DNA of 64,000 bases from Squalus acanthias (Eukaryota): positions 744,001-808,000 of the forward strand of contig JASTWF010000036.1 of the NCBI GenBank assembly GCA_030390025.1. Reading direction: 5' to 3'. Shown here in pieces: positions 1-10,696 of the stretch. The position numbers and the translations under genes are program-made. The notes under the pieces are model-generated. The model was not told the DNA's origin. It did not search any database and saw only the letters and a list, made by a program, of their open reading frames with translations. Position 1 is the first letter of the stretch. Each line of letters opens with the position of its first letter.

Positions 1-363
1 TTAAAATTATGAAAAGTTTTGTTAGAGTGGATACAGAGAGAGAGTGTTTCCACTTGTGGGGAAGAGCATAACTAGAGGCCATCAATATAAGATAGTCATC
101 AAGAAATCCAATAGGGAATTCAGAAGAAACTTCTTTACCCAGAGAGTGGTGAGAATGTGGAACTCGCTACCACAGGGAGTGGTTGAAGCGAATGGTATAG
201 ATGCATTTAAGTGGCGTTTAGATAAGCATATGAGGGAGAAGGGAATAGAGGGTTATGCTGATAGATTTAGATGAGGAAAGACAGGAGGAGGCTCGAGTGG
301 AGCATAAACGCCAGCATGGACTGGTTGGGCCAAATGGCCTGTTTCTGTGCCGTATATCCGATG
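1..363 (+). mobile_element. CR1-type LINE 3' fragment
   Basis: RT C-terminus ([17 protein letters not shown]) followed by the typical 3' UTR ...GGCCAAATGGCCTGTTTCTGTG. Confidence 0.9.
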
Positions 364-365
364 TA

Positions 366-1342
366 CAGGAAACTCTCGTTTAAACGGCACCTAAAAGACA
401 TACTTGCTCTCGAGGCAGTACAAAGAAGGTTCACTCGGTTAATTCCGGGGATGAGGGGGTGGACATACAAGGAGAGGTTGAGTAGATTGGGACTCTACTC
501 ATTGGAGTTCAGAAGAATGAGAGGCGATCTTATTGAAACATATAAGATTGTGAAGGGGCTTGATTGGGTGGACGCGGTGAGGATGTTCCCAAGGATGGGT
601 GAAACTAGAACTAGGGGGCATAATCTTAGAATAAGGGGCTGCTCTTTCAAAACTGAGATGAGGAGAAACTTTTTCACTCAGAGGGTAGTGGGTCTGTGGA
701 ATTTGCTACCCCAGGAAGCTGTGGAAGCTACATCATTAAATAAATTTAAAACAGAAATAGACCGTTTCCTAGAAGTAAAGGGAATTAGGGGTTACGGGGA
801 GCGGGCTGGAAATTGGACGTGAGTTTGAGTTCGGATCGGTCAAGGCCCTGTGGGTGGCGGAGCGGGCCGAGTGGCCTGGTCCTGCTCCTACTTCTTGTGT
901 TCTTTAGAGTTGAGGTTGGATCAGATCAGCCATGATCTTATTGAATGGCGGAGCAGGCTCGAGGGGCCGATTGGCCTACTCCTGCTCCTATTTCTTATGT
1001 TCTTATGTTCTTAAATATCCGGAACTATCTAATAACCGGCAGAATTCATACTCCGAAAACTACAGTATACAGTTGTTTATAAGTTTTGTTTTACTGTTAA
1101 GTAATTAAAGAGTTATGGATTACCCTCAACTGGCAGTACTGTACTTAATCAAGCATCTTCCACCATCCATTTAACACAACATTCTGTCGGGGAGTACCCA
1201 ATTATACTGCACATTTCTTGATTTTTTTTTATTTTTGTTTGTTAAAAATAGCCTTGTTAGATATACCTCTCCGTTATCCGGAATTTTTAATCAACCGGCA
1301 CCATCCCGGTCCCATCGGTGCCGGATACCAAAGCGTTTCCTG
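366..1342. mobile_element. Tc1/mariner-pogo (Tigger-like) non-autonomous DNA transposon interrupted by a CR1 insertion
   Basis: TA|CAGGAAACTCTCGTTTAAACGGCACC at the left and GGTGCCGGATACCAAAGCGTTTCCTG|TA at the right are imperfect TIRs with TA flanks. Confidence 0.6.
392..1012 (+). mobile_element. CR1-type LINE 3' fragment, same subfamily as 36284-37785
   Basis: [19 protein letters not shown]...[12 protein letters not shown]; tail (TTCTTATG)n. Confidence 0.92.
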
Positions 1343-1445
1343 TAATAGTATTCGACTATTCTTCAACTGCTGAAGGTTTACTCCACACTCGTGTTCCAAT
1401 AAGACTTACAACAATTGGGACTGTTTTCTTTAGAACAGAGGAGAT

Positions 1446-1875
1446 TTCTGGACTCAACATTGAGATCAACAATTTCAGACCATAACCTTTGCCCCTATTT
1501 TTTCAGATGGCAGCTGTTGATGATGATTCTGCTATTCCCATTTCCACCTCCTCTAGACCCATCTTTTGTTTCTTTACTTGTCCCATTACCATCTCCTTTT
1601 GCCTCACACCATCATCCCTTTTGTCATTTAATCTCTCCTGCCTTCCACCCTATCACAGACCTTCCCTTTTGTTCTATCCTCCCCTCCCCCCTTTCCCTGC
1701 CCCTGCACTTGCTTAAAATCTGTTACATCTCCAACTTTGTCCAGTTCTGACAAAAGGTCATCGACCTGAAACGTTAACTGTTTCTCTCTCCACAGATGCT
1801 GCCTGACCTGCTGAGTATTTCCAACATTTTCTGTTTTTATTTCAGATTTCCAGCATCTGCAGTATCTTGCTTTTG
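1446..1875 (+). mobile_element. Penelope-like element terminal fragment with degenerate hammerhead motif
   Basis: Pyrimidine-rich tract then CAGTT-CTGACAA-A-AGGTC atc GACCT-GAAA-CGTT-AACTG and ...GATGCTGCCTGACCTGCTGAG; same family at 22545, 40660 and 47242. Confidence 0.7.
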
Positions 1876-2389
1876 AGATTAAGGGGTGATTTGATCGAGT
1901 TTCATATATGAGGGGATAGGACAGTGGCCTAGAACCAGGGTACCTAGCTATACGATTAAAGGTCAGAGATTTAGACGGAGAGCAAGAAAAATATTTTCAC
2001 TCGGAATTAGTGATTGAAGGGACAGATTTAAGGCAAACGAACCAGAGAGGGAGATGAGGAGAATTTGTTTTTAACGCAGCGAGTTGTTGTGATCTGGAAC
2101 GCGCTGCCTGAAAGGGCGGTGGGAGCAGATTCAATAGTAACTTTCAAAAGGGGAATCGGATAAATACTTGAAGAGGAAAAATTCACAGGGCTACGGGGGA
2201 AAGAGCAGGGGGGAGAGTGGGACTAATTGGAGAGCTCGTTCAAAGAGCCGGCACAGGCATGATGGGCCGAATGGCCTCCTGCTGTGCTGTAAGATGCTAT
2301 GTCAACATTTAAGAATAGGTTAGCGAGGTGGTTGAAGGAAAGAGGTTAAAGGGAACAGAGCAGGCACATGGGATTGGGATAATGCTCGT

Positions 2390-2571
2390 CGGTGTTCCCT
2401 TTAAGCTGTGCGGCCCCGCGATGATTGCAGGTCCCGCGCAGGCCGCTCAACGCCGTTATAATGGAAAAAACCGAGCATGCGCGGTCATTTGAATGGGCCA
2501 TGCACCCCTTAAAGGGGCCGCGCACCCCTTAAAGGGGCCGCGCACGCAAACAAAAATTAGCGGGAACATTG
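2390..2571 (+). mobile_element. hAT-type MITE (TIR ~CAATGTTCCCTCTAA), 8-bp TSD
   Basis: TSD atgctcgt/ctgctcgt; internal tandem duplication of GCACCCCTTAAAGGGGCCGC. Confidence 0.8.
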
Positions 2572-2748
2572 CTGCTCGTGTGAAGGATAAACACCAACAT
2601 GAAGGAACAAATCTTAGTGTTAAAGTGGGCATTTCTGTTCTCTTGCTCAAGAATCTCGAGGCATCTGCAGGCCCTGTCTTCCTCCTTTTAAATATCGGTT
2701 TCATATTCTGCAGTTCCATTCAGTAACATCGAGTTCACTTGTTTACAG

Positions 2749-2854
2749 GATCAGGGACCTTCATCCTATTGACTCACCTGAGTTACAGGTGGAATGGCAC
2801 CAGTTACCTCCGGCAGCAAATACAGAGTGCGTTGGTAACCTTGTGGAGCTTGAG
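2749..2854 (+). CDS. DUF1295 gene internal exon (GSGTFILL...TLWSLR)
   Basis: ttacag|GA...TTGAG|gtgaga; 106 nt; phase fits the next exon. Confidence 0.85.
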
Positions 2855-5800
2855 GTGAGAATGCAGCAGAACCGATTCAGAAGCTAAACCTGAGCTGAGT
2901 CTCCTGCATGCTTTATTTTGACTGCAAACCGTTGCATCCCATCTGAAGAAACTGGATCTTTTCTGTTCAATCACTCTTTAAAAACAGACGTCAAAAGCCA
3001 GCGTTTTATCTCTGCGTGGAATTTTCTTTTTAAGCCATTTTCTCACCCTCACTGATTCACCTGCTGGCGCTGGCTAAGTTGGCAGATGGGTGAGCTGCTC
3101 CCGGGCCTGCTTCTGCTGGTGTTGGTATGAAATCAGCCGCCAGGAGGTGAATGAGTGGCCTGCGGGTAGTGCCCAGTGCCTGATCACCAGCTTCCCATGC
3201 TGGCATGGCCGGGACTGGTAACTCAGCAAGTGGAGGATTATGGGCAGGAATCTGCATTCTGTCACTTTGTGGTAGAGTGCATTCATGCCTCAATGCACGG
3301 GTAGCCCATGTTTTCTTTTTGATTTGGAAAAGAAGAGTTTTAAATTGTACACACATGCCATCAGAAACCAATCTTCCCAGACTGGGGATAGCGTACTTTG
3401 AGTAAGCCTTTGTTTGCCTTGACGTGGCCCTGCCATACATCGCCAAGTATCATAGAATCATAGAGTAGTACAGCACAGAAGGAGGCCATTCAGCCCATCG
3501 AGTCTGCACCGGCTCTTTCGAAGAACAATCCAGTTAGTCCCGCTCCCCCACCCTTTCCCCATATCCCTGCCATTTTCTTTCCTCCTTCTGTGACTATTCT
3601 TCTCATGGGAGCTTAACGTGACATTGAATGGCAGTCAGCTGTTTGACCATGGAGAGCATCACAGCCAAGCCCAATCCTGCCCACAAATATGCGCTTTCCA
3701 GAAGGAGCCAGAACCAGAACCTTAGCTGACCACAAAAATCTAGGCTGACACTCCACTGCAGTGCTGAGGGAGTGCTGCACTGTCGGAGGTGCTGTCTTTC
3801 GGATGAGATGCCAAACCGAGGCCCCGTCTGCTCTCTCAGGTGGACATCAAAGATCCCATGGCACTGTATCGAAGAAGAGCAGGGGAGTTATCCCCAGTGT
3901 CCTGGGCCAATATTTATCCCTCAACCAACATCACTAAAACAGATTATCTGGCCATTTATCACATTGCTGTTTGTGGGAGCTTGCTGTGCGCAAATTGGCT
4001 GCCGTGTTTCCTACATTACAACAGTGACTCCACTTTGGCAAGTCTTTCTTTGCCCACCCCTCCTCAGTCTGAGACTAGCTGTGGTGACTCTGTTGCTGCC
4101 CAGGTTGAAATCAGCTAATTCACCACAAACCAGGGATCAAGCCTGGGACCTTCTAGTCTGGTGAAAGAGAAAGAAAATGAAGTTAAACAGAAGTGTTGCT
4201 TGTGAACGGACCATCATTTGTTATTTCTCCTCGACACTGCCTTTACCAAGTGCCAGGAAATCAGCCCAGTCTTGGTGTACTCTTTTGTGTGGACACGAAA
4301 CCAAATAAACTGTAACTAAACTTAAAACATTAAATGAAACTTAACAACTTAAATTAAAATTGCGTTGGCCGGGGAGTGATGATGCACTCCAGTCCCTGCG
4401 GTGCCCACCGGTCGCGGAAGGCCTCGAGCGTACCGGCGGGCACCACGTGCTCCATCTCCACCCAGGCGCGAACGTGGCCGTGGAAGAGAGGCGGGCAGTC
4501 AGGCCAAACAACCCCCTCGACTGCCCGCTGCCTGGACCAGTTGATGGCCACTTTGGCCAGGCCCAGGAGCAGTCCTACGAGGAGGTCTCCAGACCTGCCC
4601 GCTCCGCACCGGGTGACCACAGATCAGGAGCGTGGGACTGAAGTGCAGCCAAAAATCGAGGAGCAGCCCCTTCAAATAGTGAAAGAGGGGCTGCAACCTC
4701 TCACACTCTATATAAACGTGGAACGTGGATTCCTCCAGGCCGCAGGAAAGGCAGGCGGCCTGGGAGTCCGTGAACCTACTTAAAACCTTATTGTACGGGA
4801 CTCCAGTCTTGGTGTAATTTTAACAAGGAGCAGCTAGTATAATATCCGTGGCTGATGACAAAGGGCTGCTGCCAGTAAACGGGGGGAACAACATCCGCTT
4901 TGAGACCTGTCCCCCTGTTCAGCTGTGGCCTCAGCTTCTCACAGGCGCTAAACCCACCGTGTAAATTGGGGGCCGGGGCCCAAACAGACAGCAACTCCCT
5001 CCTTCCAGAGAGTCTCGCTCAGGGGTCTGGTCGGCTCTGGATTCAGGATTCAGGCTGCATTGAACCTTCTAACAGGCAGCGTTGGTGCAGAGAATTGGCG
5101 CCAACGCTCGCGCTGTAATAGGGAGTGCCCGCCTTAGCAGCAAGATATCCAGAGCGTTGTGCACAACAAACAGTTATGCAATGGCTTAATCGAGAGGAAC
5201 GAAACTGTGAAGACAACGCAAGGGCAATGTCTGCGGGAGTATTGAGAGCCTTTTTTTCCAATTCCAGACTGGGCCTGTTTCTGTTCCTGAGAGTGTCAAA
5301 GGCAGGCCGGGATAGACGTTTCAATCAAGTTCGCACCAGTCCAAAAAGATTTTTCGTTTACTGGACTATCCAAGGTGAGCATCCTTGGAAGTTTTGAGTT
5401 ATCTTACACTCAATAAAACAGATTTTCTTTTTTAATGTTTTCCCCATTCATTTGTATTTGAAGCCCGTTCCTTTGGCTGAGCGGGTGGGCAGCAGTGGAC
5501 CTTGCAGTCAGCCACAGGAGGGAACCAAGGACTGCCTGCCCAGCCATGGGCCCTTTGCTCCCAGGTGTTTGGGGGGGGGGGTGTGCAGATACTGTAGACT
5601 CTACACACCACGGCTCAGATCAGGAGCTCCGCAGAAACTTAATTTTACTTATTTAAGAGTGGGGTTTCAGTTCGTTTCATTATACGGAATGCCTTAACGT
5701 TCAAATAAAGGAGACTCACTCCAGGAGGAATGGGAAAGGCTTGATTTTAGGAACGTTAGATTTCTTACATTGGAGACCCACCATCCAGTCAGTGCTCCAT

Positions 5801-8800
5801 CTTGCCAGGGCTAGACGGCTCCCAGACCGGACTAAAGTCGCAACTCCCATATTAAAAAAGAATAGACCTACCCTAGAACCTACAGTAAAATAAATTTGAC
5901 TAATAATAATTGCATACACAAGAACGTAAGAAACAGGAGCAGGAGTCGGCCATGCGGCCCCTCGAGCCTGCGCTGTCATTCAATAAGATCATGGCTGATC
6001 TTTGACCTCAACTCCACTTTCCCGCCCGATCTCCATATCACTCGATTCCCCTAGAGTCCAAAAATCTATCGATCTCAGCCTTGAATATACTCAACGACTG
6101 AGCCTCCACAGCCCTCTGGAGTAGAGAATTCCAAAGATTCACCACCCTCTGAGTGAAGAAATTCCTCCTCATCTCAGTCTTAAATGGTTGACCCCTTATC
6201 GTGAGTTGACCATTTGAGAAGGACTGTGATCAAGTACCCATAGATTTTCCTTCCTTGAAGTACGAGCCACAGCAGATCCCCTGGTACTATTTCAAGGAGA
6301 GTAGGGCGTTCTAATTTCCTGGCCAGTTGTTATATGGCTGGGTGGTGAAATCTAATTTTATCACTTGGTCTCACCAGTAAGTAGCAGAGCAGGAGTGTTG
6401 TCTAGTCCAAAATCTATTTCGTCTAGATGGTCAATACTGAGGAGGACTGCAACAAATTACAAGAAGACATTAATAAACTTGCAGAATGGGCATATAATTG
6501 GCAAATGAATTTTAACACAGATAAATTTTGGTCAGAAAAATAAGAAGGTCACATATTACTTGGAAAATAAGAATCTAAATGGGGTAGAGGAGCAAAGGGA
6601 TCTCGGAGTACAAATACACAAATCACTAAAAATAGCAACACAGGTTAATAAGGCTCGAAAAAAAAGCAAACCAAGCACTAGGGTTTATTTCTAGAGGGAT
6701 AGAATTGAAAAGCAGAGAAGTTATGCTAAACATGTATTGAACTTTGGTTCGACCACACTTGGAGTACTGCGTACAGTTCTGGTCGCCATATTATAAAATG
6801 GATATAGAGGCACTGGAGAGGGTGCAGAGAAGATTTACAAGGATGATACCAGAAATGCGAGGGTATACCTATCAGGAAAGGATGAACAGGCTGGGTCTCT
6901 TTTCTCTTGAAAAGAGAAGGCTGAGGGTTGACCTAATAGAGGTCTTTAAAATTATGAAATATTTTGATTAGAGTGGATACAGAGAGAGTGTTTCCACTTG
7001 TGGGGAAGAGCATAACTGGAGGCCATCAATATAAGATAGTCACCAAGAAATCAAATAGGGAATTCAGAAGAAACTTCTTTACCCAGAGAGTGATGAGAAT
7101 GTGGAACTCGTTACCACAGGGAGTGGTTGAAGCGAATAGTATAGATGCATTTAAGGGGCCGTTAGATAAGCATATGAGGGAGAAGGGAATAGAGGGTTAT
7201 GCTGATAGTTAGATGAGGAAAGACGGGAGGAGGCTCGAGTGGAGCATAAATGCCGGCATAGACTGGTTGGGCCGAATGGCCTGTTTCTGTGCCGTATATC
7301 CTATGTAATCCTATTGGGAGAACTTAACAATGCTGCCCTCTGGAGAGGCACTATTTATACTGTTGGTGTACTATACAGAAAGCATGGGCTAGTGTACATA
7401 TTACAGAAGTACGGGTAGGGAGTAAGCCTTACATATGTACTACTGTGGCTGTGATGGTCATATTAATACTGCTGATTCTCTTGGGTACATCAACTTAGCC
7501 TTCTGAACTTCCAGAGGCAGATAAATTGGTGCATGTTCCTTTCCTGCAATGCCAACATTAAAAAAAACACTTGCGATTTGGGCTGCCATACCACAAGCAA
7601 TGCTATACAGTGGAACAGCATTAGATGATGCTAAAATGCCATAGTTAAGTTGGTCACTTGAATGGTTATTTTGGTATGCCACATGAAAAATGTAAATCTG
7701 AGATTGATAGATTTCTGTTAACCAAAGGGTATTAAGGGATATGGGCCAAAGTTGGGTAGATGGAGTTAGGTCGCAGATCAGCCATGATCTCATTGAATGG
7801 GGGAACAGACTCGAGGGGCTGAATGGCCTCCTCCTGTTTCTATGTTCCTTGAAACTTCTTTACCCAGAGAGTGGTGAGAATGTGGAACTCGCTACCACAG
7901 GGAGTGCTTGAGGCGAATAGTATAGATGCATTTAAGGGGAGGCTAGACAAGCATATGAGGGAGAAGGGAATAGAGGGTTACACAGAGTTAGATGAGGAAA
8001 GACAGGAGGAGGCTCGAGTGGAGCATAAACACCAGCATGGACTGGTTGGGCCGAATGGCCTGTTTCTGTGCTATAAAATCTATGTAAGTTTTGTTTCTGC
8101 TTTCTAGGTGTATGGATCTTCATAACACTCCTTCCAACACTAATTCTAAATACGCAGGAAAAGGACCAGCCTTTGTGTGTCAGAGACTATACTGGGTGGA
8201 CAATCTGGGCTTTGGGCTTTGCTATAGAAGCAGTTGCAGACCAGCAGAAGTGGAATTTCAAAAGTGATGCTGATAATGTTGTAAGTGATCTTGTACTGTA
8301 CTTTGAATGATCCCCCCCCCCCCCCCCCCATCTTTTTTTCCCCTGGGGTGGGAGGAGAGAGGGTACATAGTGACATCATTTACAATCCCCAGGATACTTG
8401 TATTACTGGTTGAAAGTAAATATTGCAGGAACTCCCTGCATCTATACAATTCTATCCGAGGACACACCTTTCAGCTACTATAGGAACTGCTCTGGTCTCC
8501 TCACGATCGTGTCATACACTGGACACTATGGCCCGGAATTTGCGGTCAATGGCGAAGCGACGGCACTCTAGCGATCTCTGGCATGGATTTCAGCTCTCCT
8601 GACCTTTGTTTGAATGTGGCGCTAAATCAAGCGCATCTCCAGCGTCCAGCAACAGTGATGTCATCAAGCTGGCTAAGCAGCCAATCACGTTGAAGAATTC
8701 TCACAGATAGCAAACCAGGAAGTAAAATGCACAGAATCTAACTTTTTATAAATTTTACAGAGAACTAAATAAAGATTGGGACATACACATAGGATTAAGG

Positions 8801-10142
8801 TAGAAGCTGCAATATCCTAAACAAACTTAAAAAAAATATTATTTTAAAAACATATGTAATTCTTAATCATATTAATGGAAACATTTGACATTGCACAAAT
8901 ATAAAATTTGTTTTTCAGGGCCAGAACGGTTGTTCACATCATTTAAAAACCCAGTTACACCTCTTTCAACAAGGCTTAACTTTTTCAGGGGGGGGGGTTT
9001 AACAGCGATTTTCCAGTGTAATAGGGGAAGTTTTCGTCTTTCAGTGTGATTTCAATTGATTGCCAGCTATGGGGAATCCCACAGCACAGCTTGTGTCGGA
9101 GCAGTGAATGACTGACCGCAACATCAGGATTTCCGTGTATATCGCGCTTGCGCTAAACTCTGAAGTTGCGGTCAGTTTCAGAGGGGTAATGACGGCAAAC
9201 GCTGACCACTTCGCTGTCATTACCACTGCAAAATCCGGGCCATAATCCCTTGGTAATGCACTACAAATTTCAACAAACCTGCCATAACGACTGCCCACTC
9301 TGTACTAGTCATATTGGAGCGTTAAATACAGTTAGTTGGTTTCAGTGCTGACAGCTGGTTTGAGCATAAAAATAAGACCCAAACATCAAGTCCCTGAAAA
9401 AGGGACCGATTGCTAACTGGTTAGATTATTTCCAAGTATCCATTACTCTCTATTCTCATACAAATCTGATTTTTTTTCTCTACAGTATAAAAAGTAACGG
9501 TCAGAATTAGTTTACTGACACTATCCAATTTGAAAATCTGAATTACTGATGGAAATTCAAGCAATTTGCAACGATTAGATGCAGAATTTCAAACCTGCTC
9601 GTTTCACGTCCGATTATACTTTCGAAAACTGCCTAATCGTAATGGTAAAAATTGCAGCAGAGATGTTTAGATTCATTAGCCTAATGCCAGGGTTCTAATC
9701 ATAAGTTGTCCTACTGGACAGGGTAGCATTAAGGTCTTTGCAAATAAAATTAGTCATCACTAACTGCATGACATTTTGGTTCAGTGGGGCAAGGGTTAAT
9801 GGAGAAGACAAACAAAAGGACATTTTCTCACAAGGATTTCACAACGTTGCTATTTTCTTTCATCAGGGCAAATTCATTCGACATGGACTCTGGGCTTACA
9901 GTCGTCACCCAAACTACCTGGGAGAAATGCTTCAGTGGACTGGCCTGTTCATCTCTGCTTCGACTATAATGAAGGGAGTGGAGTATGTCAGTGTGCTCTC
10001 CCCAGTATTTCTATGGTTCTTGCTTACCCACGTAAGTGGAATTCCGATGCTAGAAAAGCAAGCAATGGCGAAGTGGGGACACGATCCTGCTTACCTTGAG
10101 TACGTCCGGGACACTCCGGCCCTGTGGCCATTTAAATTTTAA
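2749..10142 (+). CDS. DUF1295-family (steroid 5-alpha-reductase/sterol-reductase-like) multi-pass membrane protein, 5'-partial; 4 exons: 2749-2854, 5268-5374, 8108-8280, 9867-10142
   Basis: Four AG/GT-bounded exons join in frame (phases 1/2, 2/1, 1/0, 0/stop): ..GSGTFILLTHLSYRWNGTSYLRQQIQSALVTLWSLRLGLFLFLRVSKAGRDRRFNQVRTSPKRFFVYWTIQGVWIFITLLPTLILN..GFAIEAVADQQKWNFK..GKFIRHGLWAYSRHPNYLGE..LLTHVSGIPMLEK..Y..Y..TP. The motifs RL..L..R, D.RF, E..AD.QK, GLW.YSRHPNY.GE and SGIP.LE are typical of DUF1295. Confidence 0.9.
4280..4802 (-). mobile_element. Tx1/L1-clade LINE 3' fragment with 14-bp TSD
   Basis: Minus-strand translation LLLGLAKVAINWSR...GTLEAFRDRWAPQG; CCAGTCTTGGTGTA repeated at 4266-4279 and 4803-4816; related copies at 61160-61480 (+) and 63730-64000 (-). 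Confidence 0.75.
5268..5374 (+). CDS. DUF1295 gene internal exon (LGLFLFLR...FVYWTIQ)
   Basis: tttccaattccag|A...CAAG|gtgagc; 107 nt. Confidence 0.9.
6430..8087 (+). mobile_element. Cluster of degenerate CR1 3' fragments (approx. 6430-7315, 7695-7850, 7850-8087)
   Basis: [24 protein letters not shown] motifs with frameshifts; CR1 3' UTRs. Confidence 0.85.
8108..8280 (+). CDS. DUF1295 gene internal exon (VWIFITLLP...EAVADQQKWNFKSDADNV)
   Basis: tttctag|GT...GTT|gtaagt; 173 nt. Confidence 0.9.
8530..9241. mobile_element. Non-autonomous DNA transposon (PIF/Harbinger-like by TIR style)
   Basis: GGCCCGGAATTTGCGGT at the left and ACTGCAAAATCCGGGCC at the right are inverted repeats; superfamily is inference. 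Confidence 0.7.
9867..10142 (+). CDS. DUF1295 gene last coding exon (GKFIRHGLWAYSRHPNY...WPFKF*)
   Basis: tttcatcag|GGC; stop TAA at 10140-10142; contained in ORF 9738..10142. Confidence 0.92.
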   Translation, partial: GKFIRHGLWAYSRHPNYLGEMLQWTGLFISASTIMKGVEYVSVLSPVFLWFLLTHVSGIPMLEKQAMAKWGHDPAYLEYVRDTPALWPFKF

Positions 10143-10568
10143 TGTGAGTTTCCTTCTCTTTCCGCCGCCCCCCCCCCCCATATTCCGTAAGAAAGGTGTA
10201 GATTTTCAGGTAGAACTGGAGGTCGACGAGGTTTCTTGTATTAAAAGCAGATGTGTTCCAGGTATCCCAATCTTTCAGCTGCCGGTCCAAATACCTTACT
10301 TGAAACTCTTATATGGTTACATTTCATTTTGTAACCCTGGTGTGAGGAGCGATGCAACGATGCTTGTGATTAGGGGGGGTGGGGGAGAGAAGTTTCGTAA
10401 CTACGAGAATTTTTTTCCCCTTTCCTCAATTTCAAATCGCTTTGGAACAAAGAAAGTTACTTGATTTGAAGTTAGTAGTTTTCAGTGTGAGCTACCCAAA
10501 GGAAAACTTATAATTGTCAATATCATACACAGTATGTCAGCCACGAGCACATAACTAATCGTTGGCTG

Positions 10569-10696
10569 CAATTTTCCCTCGAATTTTTGTGTTGGGCTGC
10601 GCTGCCCCTTTAACAGGCCCATTCAAAATTCCCCGCATATGCGGTTTTTCCATTTAAAAGCTGGCGAGCTGACTGCCCGGGACCTCCAGAGCGCTG
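10569..10696 (-). mobile_element. hAT-type MITE copy just downstream of the DUF1295 stop, one TIR lost
   Basis: Homologous to 2390-2571; flanked by perfect GTTGGCTG at 10561-10568 and 10697-10704. Confidence 0.7.

Noticed and set aside
8312..8329. C18 run near a donor site as a regulatory element
   Set aside because: Similar C/G homopolymers occur several times in the window and there is no further support
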